A DNA stretch of 64,000 nt from NCBI GenBank assembly GCA_964016885.1, contig OZ024749.1, positions 32,488,001-32,552,000 on the forward strand, given 5' to 3'. The DNA is from Eledone cirrhosa. Taxonomy: Eukaryota. A program made the position numbers and the translations under genes. Below the pieces are notes generated by a model. It worked only from the letters and a program-made list of their open reading frames with translations, did not search any database and had not been told where the DNA came from. Numbering within the stretch: the first letter of the stretch is position 1; every line of letters begins with the position of its first letter. Shown here one piece after another: positions 29,071 through 44,556 of the stretch.

Positions 29071-29209
29071 GACATGACCTGGCCCGAATGACATGACCTG
29101 ACATGGAATACAATGGAAATATGTTACATCCCAAAATCTTTTACCTATATCGTCTTGTAAATATGTTATAAATAAAAATGGTTCATAATTTAGTCATAAT
29201 GTCAGCAAT

Positions 29210-29269
29210 GTGTGTGTGTGTGTGTGTATACATACATGTATATACATACATATATTACATACATACATG

Positions 29270-29328
<59 letters not shown>

Positions 29329-29545
29329 TACATACATACATACATGTATATACATACATACATTACATACATACATGTATATACATACATATATTACATA
29401 CATACATGTATATACATACATTACATACATACATGTATATACATACATTACATACATACATGTATATACATACATTACATACATACATGTATATACATAC
29501 ATTACATACATACATGTATATACATACATACATGTATATTCATAC

Positions 29546-29578
<33 letters not shown>

Positions 29579-29879
29579 CATACATATATATATACATACA
29601 TAATATACATACATATATTACATACATACATATATTACATACATACATATATTACATACATACATATATTACATACATACATATATTACATACATACATA
29701 TATTACATACATATATTACATACATACATATATTACATACATATATTACATACATACATGTATATACATACATATATTACATACATACATATATATATTA
29801 CATACATACATGTATATACATACATACATGTATATACATACATACATATACATACATACATATACATACATACATATAC

Positions 29880-29924
<45 letters not shown>

Positions 29925-29941
29925 CATATATATACACATAC

Positions 29942-29990
<49 letters not shown>
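29210..29990. repeat. (TACA)n/(TA)n compound microsatellite
   Basis: Read directly. Confidence 0.95.
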
Positions 29991-30090
29991 ATGAATAAAA
30001 ATAACCAGGATTAAATTATAGTAAATTATCTAATTGATTTACGAACATTTATATATATATATATATACACATATATATATACATATATAT

Positions 30091-30139
<49 letters not shown>

Positions 30140-30143
<4 letters not shown>

Positions 30144-30480
30144 TGAAAAATGGCGTGCTGCGTTGTTGCGATTATATGAACATATGAATGAAAATAGACC
30201 GAGAAACAGGAATGTCCATCATCAGTAGTCTGCTGATTATCATTGGTATTTCTTCGCATTAAAGACTAGATATCTAAAATCAGTGCGAGCGATAACTAAA
30301 TTAAGTTATCGGGACAGAGGAAAGTAAACAAACAACATGGTAGTAATGCAACGTAAAGAGAAGAAAAGAGAGACAAGTCAATGAATCTTGTGGGCTTAAG
30401 TCCAACAAATCAAATGACGAGAAGAAACAGACGCGTCTGAGCCACTCGAAAAGTGAGAGAGGAAAGAATTTCACGCAGGT
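30140..30480. mobile_element. Unclassified dispersed repeat (family C), related to 61085-61635 and 62510-62562
   Basis: GAATGAAAAATGGCG.GCTG..GTTGC and CAGGAATGTCC.TCATCAGT..TCT blocks shared between copies. Confidence 0.7.
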
Positions 30481-31057
30481 CAGATCATCATCATCATCAT
30501 CATCATCAGGTTTAGCGTCCGTGTTCCACGCTTGCATGGGTTTGGACGGGGGTTTTCCCACTTGAGGCAAGAGTGGTTGTCTTGCTCGCATAGGACTGTC
30601 TGGCGGGTTTTCTACAGTTGGATGCCCTTCCTAACACCAACCACATTTACAGTGTGGGGCTGGGAGGTTTTTACCGTGTTGCCTACACGGCCACATTACA
30701 GCGTGGACTGTCTGGCGGGTTTTCTACAGCTGGATGCCCTTCCTAACACCAACCACATTTACAGTGTGGGGCTGGGAGGTTTTTACCGTGTTGCCTACAC
30801 GGCCACATTTACAGCGTGGACTGTGTGTTTTTTGTCGTGACACCTACACGATCTCATTTGTTTCGGCCTGGATGTTGTGGGACCAACATAACTTTACATT
30901 GAAAGGGGCGGTGTGGGTGGGGTGGAGGTGGTGGGACGGGGGGGTGTTTTGATAGAGGTGCCTACTGACTGTAGTAGGTTTTTAAATTATAGTAAATTAT
31001 CTAATTGATTTACGAACATTTATATATATATATACACATATATATATACATATATAT

Positions 31058-31102
<45 letters not shown>

Positions 31103-31179
31103 ACATGATGACCCCTGTATCGTGAAAAGAAAATCTTTTCGGGGAAATTATAAGATTTTTTCCAAATTTAAAGGTTTTG

Positions 31180-31237
31180 CCATCTGAAGAGCTCAGGATA
31201 TCATACCCGATAGTCCTCAGTGAAATATGTATAACGG
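31180..31237 (+). ncRNA. Type I hammerhead ribozyme, weak stem I
   Basis: CTGAAGA (31184-31190), stem II GCT..AGGATATC/GATAGTCCT..AGT, GAAA (31222-31225), TATGTATA; AATAAA follows. Confidence 0.65.
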
Positions 31238-31296
31238 AGTTTTAAATAAACCTGAATCAACTGAATATGGCCCCCGATCTCTTAATATATACGATA

Positions 31297-31334
<38 letters not shown>

Positions 31335-31340
<6 letters not shown>

Positions 31341-31718
31341 GATATTAATAAATGGAAACTATATTTATAAAACCATATTTATTTCATTATACATATTTCA
31401 GGGATACCACATTAAATTATGGTATGCCTTCATCAGACAAAATACAATATATAACAGTTTTACAAATAGGTTTGACGTACCCTTTAAAATACAACCATTA
31501 CTTTTAGAGGCTGTCTGGATTGTATTTTGTCTGATGAAGGCATACCATAATTTAATGTGGTATCCCTGAAATATGTATAATGAAATAAATATGGTTTTAT
31601 AAATATAGTTTCCATTTATTAATATCGTATATCTACTCCAAAAATTTGTCGAGTGCTTTATATCAGTTATAAGAATATTTACTTGTTGTATCCCAACAAC
31701 TTTAAATAGAACTTTTGC
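31335..31718 (+). mobile_element. Fold-back element with arms of about 113 bp, each holding a complete hammerhead
   Basis: Arms 31335-31448 / 31519-31632; tail to 31718; (TA)n on both sides. Confidence 0.8.
31523..31587 (+). ncRNA. Type I hammerhead ribozyme (mirror copy on - strand at 31380-31444)
   Basis: TATTTTGT-CTGATGA-AGGCATACCATA-atttaa-TGTGGTATCCCT-GAAA-TATGTA-TA-ATGAAATA: 8-bp stem I including G-U pairs, 11/12 paired stem II, self-complementary stem III. Confidence 0.85.
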
Positions 31719-31914
31719 ATATATATATATATATATATATATATTTATTTAGGTTTGTTGGTTCACCACTGGATACAACTGGTCATTCCGTATGGTCAAC
31801 CTCAATGTAATATTATGGAGAGTATTGTATAATAAACCTTTAAGGAATTACACCAGTCCAGCCTCCTGTTATTTTATAATATATATATATATATATATAT
31901 ATGATATATATAAC

Positions 31915-32400
31915 ATAATGCTTTGGCCCCTATCTTTGCACTCCAGGAAGTCAGCATACCATCTCACATTTCCAACACCAACCACGTCCTCTGCCTTTTT
32001 GACACCGCCCCCCCCCCCACCCCGACCTACCACCCGTGCTCTTTATACTCAACATCAAGTCCCTATATACCATTATTACCCATACTGAAGGCCTCCTAAT
32101 CCACCAACACTTTCTCGACCTTCACGCCTCCACTCAACCCCCCACTCTCATCCGCTCAGTTGAGCTGGTCCTCACCCTCAACTCTTTTTCCTTCTCAGAT
32201 GGCATTTACCAACAGACAACGGGGGTGGCCACGAGCACAAGAACAAGTCCCAGCTACACCAACTTATTCATTGGCTACATTGAGGTCCGAATCCTTTCCC
32301 GATACACTGTTCCCATGCCCGAGCATTACATTGATGACTTTATTGGCTGACTCCTTCCTCTCCTTTTTCTGCTCCTTACACCCCCACTCTTGATTTCACC
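31915..32400 (+). mobile_element. Penelope-like element reverse transcriptase fragment (decayed)
   Basis: IKSLYTIITHTEGL...LVLTLNSFSF..IYQQTTGVA..SPSYTNLFIGYIE...YIDDFIG matches PLE RT motifs (DVKSLYT, QxxGxAMG, YxDD). Confidence 0.8.
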
Positions 32401-33142
32401 TCCTCTATCTCTATCACTTCTGTCCATTTCATGGTATCTCCATTTCCACCAACCACACCCATTGCTCTCATCACCTCCTCCTTGTCCCACTACCTCAACT
32501 TCACTTCTTCCTACCCAACCAACACTAAACACTCCCACCATCCCCACAGTCTTGTAGTTGAACCCATGATCTTGAGATTTAAGCTCAATACATGGCTGGA
32601 CTTTTCACTCAGCATAAAAAAACCTACCTTGATCCAAAGCACACTCACCCATGCTCATGGAGTCAACTCAAGCTGCCAGAGAGAACAGCAGCTCATTTTT
32701 TTATGCAAATCTCCACTCCCTATGGCCTGAATGCACTGCCCATCTCCTCTAATCTGCTCTCAACACTGCTCCCCACACCCATAATTCCTGCACCACACAG
32801 AAATACTCACATACTTAGATATGTTACACATACAACAAAAAAACTTTAACACACTTATAAACACACACAAATACACATTTCTCACTTAGCGTCATATTTT
32901 GTGGCATTGCTACGACTGTGCAATGATTGTTATTTTCACTTCTATTATTTCACCTTTTTGGAGTTAAGTTGTGATTTTTCACTTATATTTATATTTGATG
33001 TATGTATGGTCCTTTAACTCCTGATAGAGTCGTAGGGACGCTGTATTGACATGCAGCGTTTCTTGGGCATTTTAAGCCTGGCAGAGCCCATCCTTCTCCA
33101 GGCCTGAATACAGCAGATTTCTTCCAGAGAGACCCCTGTACT

Positions 33143-33260
33143 AGACTGGTGTTTCTTTTACCAACCTCGAAAGGATGAAAGGCAAAGTGGACTTCGGCGG
33201 GATTTGAACTCAGAGATCATAAAGCCTTCTATCCGACGTTCTAACAACTGCCAATTCGCT
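33143..33260 (-). mobile_element. tRNA-SINE fragment
   Basis: GGATGAAAGGCAAAGTGGACTTCGGCGGGATTTGAACTCAG. Confidence 0.75.
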
Positions 33261-33369
33261 GCCTACTTACATGTTTATACTTTATATTTGATATACGTAC
33301 AGAAAAACCACTTTCAGAGTAAAACAGTGTCAAACAAGGTGATATACAAACACCCACTCTGTTTTCCAT

Positions 33370-33830
33370 CTACATTGCTGTGCTACTGACATATGCCATC
33401 CAAGATTTTGAAATTTACATGCGGTTTAGAACCTCTGGTAAAGTCTTTAAGCTAAGCTGTTTCAACACGCCAAAAACATTTGGCACTCTTGTCAGGGAGT
33501 TCCTGTATGCTGATGATGCAGACCAAGTAGCTCATACAGTAGAAGACATGCAGAGGATAGTTGACATCTTATCCAAAGTGTGCACTTTATTTGGGTTAAA
33601 TGTTAGCATAAAGAAGACAAAGGTCATGTACACTCAACTAGTTAGGGAAGCATATGTGAAACCTGACATTTTCGTGGGAGGAAAAAAAACGAAGTGGAAA
33701 ACAGCTTTATGTATCTCAGAGGTATATGAAACAGATGGTACCCTTGACGCTGAAATAAATCATAGAATTGCAAATGCTAGTGTTGTTTTGGGGAAACTTG
33801 AGAAGCATGTCTGGTCAGCTTTGGGTATTA
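33370..33830 (+). mobile_element. RTE-clade LINE reverse transcriptase fragment
   Basis: VREFLYADDA...FGLNVSIKKTKVM...LDAEINHRIANAS. Confidence 0.85.
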
Positions 33831-34279
33831 CACCGCATCCCCCTCCCATGCCCTCTTCAGTACCACTCCTTAGCTACTCCGCCCTCTAAAGCCCTTAGAT
33901 ACCCTGAATATCACACCCTAGTAGCTACTCTCTCTACCCTTACCATGTGGATTTCTTTCATTCATTCTGGCCTTTCCACAATGGGATCCCTATAGAAGTG
34001 CCTAATGGTTCATCTTATTTCCAGTTCTATCCACCTCAACTCATCACCATACCCTGCTAGACCAATCAAACAGCAGTAGTAAATATCTTTACTGAAAAGC
34101 TAACAATACTACTACTACTACTAGATACAGTTATTGTGGATTATATGGAAGGTAGACAACAAGATTGGAGGAATTCTTCTTTCATCCATCTCTGGGAGAC
34201 CATGCAAACTTTCTTCTTTATTTCAGATACAGAAAACCCAGCTTTCCTCCTCAAGAATTCATCTCCCTCTTCTTGTCAA

Positions 34280-37200
34280 CTGCAAAGCTTCAGAGCTGCT
34301 ACCATCATCGTAAGTACAATGAAAGGGATATCAGGGGAGACTGTAGAGATGCTAGAATGAAAGGGAGTGGATGTGTTGCATACAAGAGACTAAGGGACAA
34401 GAAACATCATCTAGACTCCTTAGGAGTAAAGAACAAGGGTATACATTCTTTCTGGGTGGGTAATGACAACAGGCTGGGTAGAGTAGGCATTCTGTAAGCA
34501 AAAAAATGGGTAGATAATGTAATTGTGGTATGTATATTGAGTGACAGAATCATTAAACTCAAGTTAGTCCTAGATTGAACCATAACAATTATATCTGCAC
34601 ATGCACCATAATGCGGACTGCCAGAAGAACTAAAAACGACATTTACGAATCCCTAATTCAGACTACTTCTCAAACGAGTGACAGAGAATGTATAATCATA
34701 GCAGGTGACTTTAATTGACATGTTGGTCAACATTGTGAAAGCTTTTTATGGGGTCATAGAGGATTTGGGTTTGGTATGAGAAGTGAGGAAGGTTCAAGGC
34801 TCCTGAAATTCTGCAATGCTAATGACCTAACAACTATATGTAACCCAAAAAATCAGAAAACCAGCCAATCATTTGATCACCTATAGATCAGGTGAACACA
34901 TTAGCCAAATAGATTTTATCCCCACCAAAAGAAAAAAAATAGGTCATACTGGTAACATGACAAGAGGCAGCACTCAATCTACTCTCAGTAAGGTTGTTGT
35001 GCTGGTGACACAAGAGGCTCCCAGTAAACCCTGTACAGTGTCTGTGCTGGTAACATGAGAAAAAGGAACCCAGTCCATACTGTAATGTGGTTGACATTAG
35101 GAAGGGCATCCAGCCATAGAAACCAAGTCAAAATGCAGATCCATATGAGCAAAATATGGTCACCAGACCTGACTTGTTTCATAACATAACAACCCATCTA
35201 ACCTATGCAAGTGTGAAAAATGAACCTTAAACGCTGGTGATGATAATGATTATAAACACAAAGTCCCTCCCTGGTGTGGGATGCACCTCCTAGTAGTTAG
35301 TAACAAAACAGAAAGCAACCTGGAAGAGAAAGACATGGAAACTGAATGAGCCCTTAGCCAGTAACATATTTAGAGGTGTCTTGCTCGATGCTTTTGAGAG
35401 TAAGGACGGAGTTAGAAACTTACAATATAGAGGAACCATGGGAATTCGTGGGAGGATATCTGCTGAGGACCACATACATGATCTGTGGCTGGAGCAGGGC
35501 TCCAAGGAGGAGAAGGATGATGATTTGATGGTGGAATAGTAAGGTGGCTGAAACAATTAAGGCTGAGAAACAAGCATAGAAAGACTAGCAGAATTGGGGA
35601 AGCAGATAATACATAGAATGTATGGGAGAAGCTAGCTGACAAGAACACTTTACTAAGAGGGGAGTGGAAAATAAGAAATGTGTGCATGTTTCATGCCTTG
35701 ATGACCGAAGATGTGAGGTGTTTAGGATTGTGAGGCAGTGTGCCAGGGAAAATCATGATGATATTGTGGAAGAAATGTGTCTGAAATTATAGTAGCACAC
35801 TTGCCCTCACTAATGCTGAAAAGAAAGAAGCATGGAAATGCCATTATGAGAAACTGGTGAATCAGGAGAATGCATGGGAAGAAAATAGTCTTCCCCAAAT
35901 AGACCCAACAGAGGGACCAGCCATATAAGACAACAGCAGTGTAGTAAGTAAGGCAATTAAGGATATCAAGACAGGCAAAGCAGCTGGGCCATCAGGGATA
36001 GTTGCTGAGATGCTGAAAGCGTCTGAAATGATGGGTCCCACCTCAACCACAAGTAGTATAAACTAAGTAACACAGAATGGTGTAATACAAATGACTTGCA
36101 TAGCAATATCATTGTCAACAGCTACAAGGGCAAGGGAGATGCAATGGAGAGGATACTATAGGGCCATCAAGTTGACAGACCAGTCCATAAAAAATTACAC
36201 AGAGAGTTATCATGCAACTGATTAGGGACCGAAACCGAGTTAACCTAAATGAGATGCAATTGAGATTTGTCCTGGATAAAAGAACCACTGATGCCCTCTT
36301 CCTTGTGAGGTCACAGCACAAGTACCTATCTAAGAGTAAGTCCCTCTACTTGGCATTTGTTAACCTGGAAAATCTGGTGGGTTCATAGGAAACTAGAGGG
36401 AGATGAGTGGCTTGTGTGGACTGTACAAGATGATAGTTAACAATGAGTATAGTGAGGGATTGAGCATGCAAGAGAGGGTCCATCAGAGCTGTTCTCAGAC
36501 CATTCCTGTCCTCCAGGCTATGATGATCTCGTGTTTATAGCAGAATTTGAGAAGAAATTCCAGATCTGGTATCAAAACGTCTTAAAGTCTACTTTGCAAA
36601 GACCACAATCCTAGTAATTAGAAAGGAAAACAAGACCCTGATTCTTTCAAGGAAATGGCCTTACTCAGTATGCAGGAAAGGAGGAAAGGAATGGGTAGGA
36701 ATTCAATTTTGTATTTCAAACAAAGTATGGGTACACAAGAGATGTAGCAGGATTTCAGGCCGGCTAGCAAAGAACACAGGCTTTTTGTGTGGTTGATGCA
36801 CAAGAGTAGTAAGCAGCAAGAGCTCACATAAAACAAACTATCAAATGCTCAAAAGACTCCCTAAAAGTAGTTGATAGCTTCTGTTACCTGGGTGACCAAA
36901 TCAGCAGTGGAGGCAGGTTTTCTGAAAGTACAGTAGCCAGAGTGAGAATGGAGTGTAAAAGGTTCAAGAAGCTACTACCACTGCTAGCTACAAAAGATTT
37001 TTTTTCCCTTAAAATGAAAGGCTGATTGGATGATGCTTGTGTGTAAACAGCAATGCTGCATGGAAGTGAGATATGTGTACACAGGAGCTACAAAGATTGG
37101 GAAGAAATAAGGCATGCATGCTCCAATGGATGTGTAACAGTGGAGTACAAGTATGACAAAGAGATGAACTGAGAGAAAAAGTGAGCATAAGAAGTGTCAG

Positions 37201-37430
37201 GTGCAGTGTGCAGGAGAGAAGACTGCGGTGGTATAGACGTGTGATGTGTATGGAGGATGATACCTGCATAAAAAGGTACAGGGCACTTGATGTTGTAGGC
37301 GACTACAGAAGAAAACCTGGGAAATCTTGGAATGATGTTTTAAAAGCTAACCTCACACAATTAAACCAATCAAAGATGCCACAGGATTGAGTTCTCAGGC
37401 AATATGCCATACTGAAGACCTACCATCCTA
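34280..37430 (+). mobile_element. Decayed near-full-length RTE-clade LINE (APE endonuclease + RT), interrupted near 34930-35290
   Basis: IIAGDFN, HLITYRSGEHISQIDF, KTGKAAGPSGIVAEMLKA, YKGKGDA, DSFCYLGDQISSGG, VQERRLRWY motifs with many stops and frameshifts. Confidence 0.85.
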
Positions 37431-38459
37431 TGTGTACAGGACGAAACACCTCAAAGAGTGCTCCCAGTACATGCTGTCATGTGTTTGATGTTAAGAAGGG
37501 CATCTAGAAATAAAAAAATGAACTGAAAAACATATCTGTATGAGCAAGGTATGGTTACATGACCTAGCTAACTTCATAACATGACAATCTGTCTAACCCA
37601 TTCAAGCATGGAAAACGGACATTAAACGGTGGTGATGATGACAGACAGATAGATAGATAGATAGATACTTAGGTATGTAGCTACAGATAGCTGCTGGATA
37701 ACAACTGAACATCTTGTCAACACTATATGAGAGAGGAGACAGGTATGGAAGAAGAAATTAAATTGCCATTTCTTTGTCAAAGTTAGCACAAAGTGGTTGC
37801 GACTTGACCTTGTGTTTTCTTATAAAGATATATGTATACACACACACATATAATAATATGTGTGTGTGTGTGTGTGTGCGCGCGCGCATGTAGATGTGTG
37901 TGTTTACAGCCAAAAAGAATGAAAATTAGTGGTGCTGAGGGATTTCACAAGTAATACTAGCCAAATATTAAGTGAAGCTATTTTTACTTGCGAAACAACG
38001 AAACGGGGTTGACACGATTAAAATCATCCCGGAAGTAGGGGCAGCACAACACTATATAGACACAAACCTAAGAAATCTAGTGAAACATTATGACAGATGA
38101 GAGTGTATGATATTCATGTCTTTTTAATATAATTTAAAAAGATATGTTGAAGTGAAAGGTTTCGTGGAATCAGGTAGTAAGCAAACGATTCACCGGAACT
38201 CCAGTTTACTAAGAAATCCTTGACGAAAAAAACCTAGCAAATATTGATAAAGGTATGGTCAAGGCCTTTTATATCAATTAATTTGCCAGAATTAAAGAGA
38301 GAGGGGGATATATCGATATTTGCTGAGATTTATAACAACACTCCAGTATGAAATGTAAACTAAACAAGTAAAATCCCATATATCTAGAACTGAAAGTAAA
38401 AACCCAAAAAAGGAACTAAATATACATCGGGATTTTACCTCACCACTCCCTCTTTCACT

Positions 38460-39197
38460 ATATATATATATATACATATATATATGTATACATACATACA
38501 TATACATACATACATACATATATGTATACATACATACATATATGTATACATACATACATATATGTATACATACATACAAATATGTATATGTATACATACA
38601 TACAAATATGTATATGTATACAAACATACATATACATACATACATATACGTATACATACATATACATACATACATACATACATATATATATACATATATG
38701 TATATATATATATACATATATGTATACATACATATATACATACATACATATATGTATACATACATATATACATACATACATATATGTATACATACATATA
38801 TACATATATGTATACATACATATATACATATATGTATACATACATATATACATATATGTATACATACATATATACATATATGTATACATACATATATACT
38901 TATATGTATACATACATATATACATATATGTATACATACATATACATATATGTATACATACATATACATATATGTATACATACATATACATATATGTATA
39001 CATACATATACATATATGTATACATACATATAGGTATACATACATATACATATATGTATACATACATATACATATATGTATACATACATATATATATACG
39101 TATATGTATACATACATATATATACATACATACATATACATATATGTATACATACATATATATATACGTATATGTATACATACATATATATACATAC

Positions 39198-39242
<45 letters not shown>

Positions 39243-39380
39243 CATATATGTATACATACATACATATATATATACATATATGTATACATATATGTATACA
39301 TACATGTATACATATATGTATACATACATGTATACATACATATATATATATGTATACATATATATACATATATGTATACA
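38460..39380. repeat. (TACA/TATG) compound microsatellite
   Basis: Read directly. Confidence 0.95.
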
Positions 39381-39990
39381 TGGTGGCTGCCAACTCGTTT
39401 TCGAGTACGGCCACTACTTTATATCCATGTAGGAGAACCCCTACCGAAGCGCTGCATGAGTGTGACTTTTTAGTCCAGCCAGCGACTTGAAAACTCTGGT
39501 ACAAACACTACACTTGTGACAATTATTGACACATAGTGCTGGGCCCATGGTACCATGTGAGGACAAGTGCAGAGAGATCTCCAGATATATAGCAATGCCT
39601 GTGCCGTGAAGCTTTTATAGTGAGCAAAGGCACTGCACAAAGCCAGTCCCACTCTCTTAACCAAGATGATATTTACCAAAAAGAAGAACAAGTCAACATC
39701 ATTGGATACCATCAAGGTTGCAGGTGTTATATCAGAGTTTTCCTTCTCCTAGAATTCTGCCTTGACAAAGGCTAAGGGGTCATCTCTCCCGGTGATTTTG
39801 GATGGCCATTGACTCTTAAGAGCTCCTTTGCCCTTTGACAGGTTTTGTTTTTAGTCCTGCAGGATGTCCAAAGTCACCCTCCTCACCAAGAAACCTTGGT
39901 GGGGTTGCCAGTTTAGTCGCCAACGACCCGACCATGAGACAGGTTGTACTGGGATACATGTTACCAGTAGCACCAACTGGTGACCTGACA
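39381..39990 (-). mobile_element. RTE-derived bipartite non-autonomous element (about 610 bp)
   Basis: RTE 5'UTR-like CTAGGAGAAGGAAAACTCTGA block joined to an RTE 3' end encoding [17 protein letters not shown] and ending CTCGAAAACGAGTTGGCAGCCACCA; near-identical copy at 44557-45163. Confidence 0.8.
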
Positions 39991-41383
39991 TATATATATG
40001 TATACATACATATATATATACATACTATATATATATATGTATACATACTATATATATATGTATACATACTATATATATATGTATAAATACAATATATATA
40101 TGTATACATACTAATATATATATATGTATGCATACTATATATATGTATGCATACTATATATATATATGTATGCATACTATATATATATATGTATGCATAC
40201 TATATATATATATGTATGCATACTATATATATATATGTATGCATACTATATATATACATATATGCATACTATATATATACATATATGCATACTATATATA
40301 TACATATATATACTATATATATACATATATATACTATATATAATACATATATATACTATATATATACATATATATACTATATATATACATATATATATAC
40401 TATATATATACATATATATACTATTATAATATACATATATATACAATATATATACATATATATACAATATATATACTATATATATACTATATATATATAC
40501 ATATATATACTATATATATACTATATATATACATATATATACTATATATATACATATATATACACATATATATACTATATATATACATATATATACACAT
40601 ATATATACTAATATATAACACATATATATACATATATATATACTATATATATACATATATATACACATATATATACTATATATATACTATATATATACAT
40701 ATATATACTATATATATACATATATATACACATATATATACTATATATATACATATATATACACATATATATACATATATATACACATATATACACATAT
40801 ATATACATATATATACACATATATATACTATATATATACATATATATACACATATATATATACATATATATACTATATATATACATATATATAACTATAT
40901 ATATACATATATATACTATATATATACATATATATACATATATATACTATATATATACCTATATATACTATATATATACATATATATCATATATATACTA
41001 TATATATACCTATATATACTATATATATACATATATATACTATATATATACATATATATACTATATATATACTATATATATACATATATATATACATATA
41101 TACATATATATATATATACATATATATACATATATATATATATATACATATATATACATATATATATATACATATATATACATATATATATACATATATA
41201 TACATATATATATATACATATATATACATATATATATATACATATATATACATATATATATATACATATATATACATATATATACATACATATATATACA
41301 TATATATATATACATAATATATACATATATATATATACATATATATACTATATATATATATATATATATATACATATATATAC

Positions 41384-41414
<31 letters not shown>

Positions 41415-41483
41415 TATACATATATATATATATATACACATATATATATACATATACATATATATACATATACATATATATAC

Positions 41484-41518
<35 letters not shown>

Positions 41519-41519
41519 C

Positions 41520-41554
<35 letters not shown>

Positions 41555-41656
41555 CATATATACATATACATATATATACACATATATACATATAATATAT
41601 ATACATATATATATATACATATATACATATATATATATATACATATATACATATAC

Positions 41657-41689
<33 letters not shown>

Positions 41690-42194
41690 CATATATATAT
41701 ACATATATACATATATATATACATATATACATATATATATACATATACATATATATATATATATATATACATATATACATATACATATATACATATATAT
41801 ATACATATACATATACATATATATAATACATACATATATATATACATACATAAATACATACATATATACATACATACATATATACATACATATATACATA
41901 CATACATATATACATACATATATACATACATATATATATATATATATATACATATATATATACATACATATATATATATATATATATACATATATATATA
42001 CATACATATATATATATATATATATACATATATATATACATACATATATATATATAATATATATACATATATATATACATACATATATATATATATACAT
42101 ATATATATACATATATATATACATATACATATATATATACATACATATATATATATATACATATATATATACATATATATATACATATACATAT

Positions 42195-42227
<33 letters not shown>

Positions 42228-42245
42228 CATATATATACATATATA

Positions 42246-42276
<31 letters not shown>

Positions 42277-42992
42277 ACATATATATATACATAAACATAT
42301 ATACATAAACATATATACATATATATATATACATATATACATAAACATATATACATATACATATATACATAAACATACATACATAAACATATATAGATAT
42401 ATATATATGTATACATATATATATACATATATATATACATACATAAACATATATACATATATATATATATATATGTATATGTATACATAAACATATATAC
42501 ATATATATATACATAAACATATATACATATATATATACATATATATATACATAAACATATATACATATATATATACATAAACATATATACATATATATAT
42601 ACATAAACATATATACATATATATATACATAAACATATATACATAAACATATATATATATACATAAACATATATACATATATATATATATACATAAACAT
42701 ATATACATATATATATATATACATAAACATATATACATATATATATATATACATAAACATATATACATATATATATATATACATAAACATATATACATAT
42801 ATATATATATACATAAACATATATACATATATATATATATACATAAACATATATACATATATATATATATACATAAACATATATACATATATATATATAT
42901 ACATAAACATATATACATATATATATATATACATAAACATATATACATATATATATATACATAAACATATATACATATATATATATACATAA

Positions 42993-43023
<31 letters not shown>

Positions 43024-44122
43024 TAAACACATATATATATATATACATAAACACATATATATATATATATATATACATAAACATATATACATATACATAA
43101 ATACATATACATATATATATATACATAAACATATATACATATACATATATATATATACATAAACATATATACATATATATATATACATAAACATATATAC
43201 ATATATATATATATACATAAACATATATACATATATATATATATACATAAACATATATACATATATATACACATATATATGTATACATACACATATATGT
43301 ATACATATATATATATGTATACATACACACATACATATATATATGTATACATACACATATACATACATATATGTATACATACACATATACATACATATAT
43401 GTATACATACACATATACATACATATATGTATACATACACATATACATACATATATGTATCCATATACATATACATACATATGTATACATATACATATAT
43501 ATGTATCCATATACACATATGTATACATACACATATATATACCTACATATATGTATACATATACATATATATATACATACATACCTATATATATATACAT
43601 ACATACCTATATATATATACATACATACCTATATATATATACATACACATATATATATACATATATATATACATATACATATACATATATATACATACAC
43701 ATATATATACATACACATATATATATATACACATATATATATACATACACATATATATATACATACACATATATATATACATACACATATATATATACAT
43801 ACACATATATATATACATACACATATATATATACATACACATACATATATACATACACATATATATATACATACACATATATATATACATACACATATAT
43901 ACATACACATATATACATACACATATATATATATACACACATATATATATATACATACACATATATATATATACATACACATATATATATATATACATAC
44001 ACATATATACATATATACATACACATATATACATATATACATACACATATATACATACACATATATATATATATATACATACACATATATACATACACAT
44101 ATATATATATATATACATACAC

Positions 44123-44153
<31 letters not shown>

Positions 44154-44556
44154 TATATACATACACATATATATATACATACACATATATATATATATAC
44201 ATACACATATATATATATATATACATACACACATATATATATATACATACACATATATACATACACATATATTCATACACATATATATATATATATACAT
44301 ACACATGTATATATATACATACACATATATATATATATACATACACATATATATATATATATATACATACACATATATATATATATATACATACACATAT
44401 AATATATATACATACACATATATATATATATACATACACATATATATATATACATACACATATATATATATATATACATACACACATATATATATACATA
44501 CACATATATATATATATACATACACACATATATATATATATACATACACACATATA
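39991..44556. repeat. 4.6-kb compound (TA)n/(TACA)n microsatellite with a 30-bp higher-order block near 42660-42950
   Basis: Read directly. Confidence 0.98.

Noticed and set aside
27744-29134. S/L/C/V-rich and R/E/Q/T/D-rich ORFs
   Set aside because: Translations of (GA)n/(GACA)n repeats
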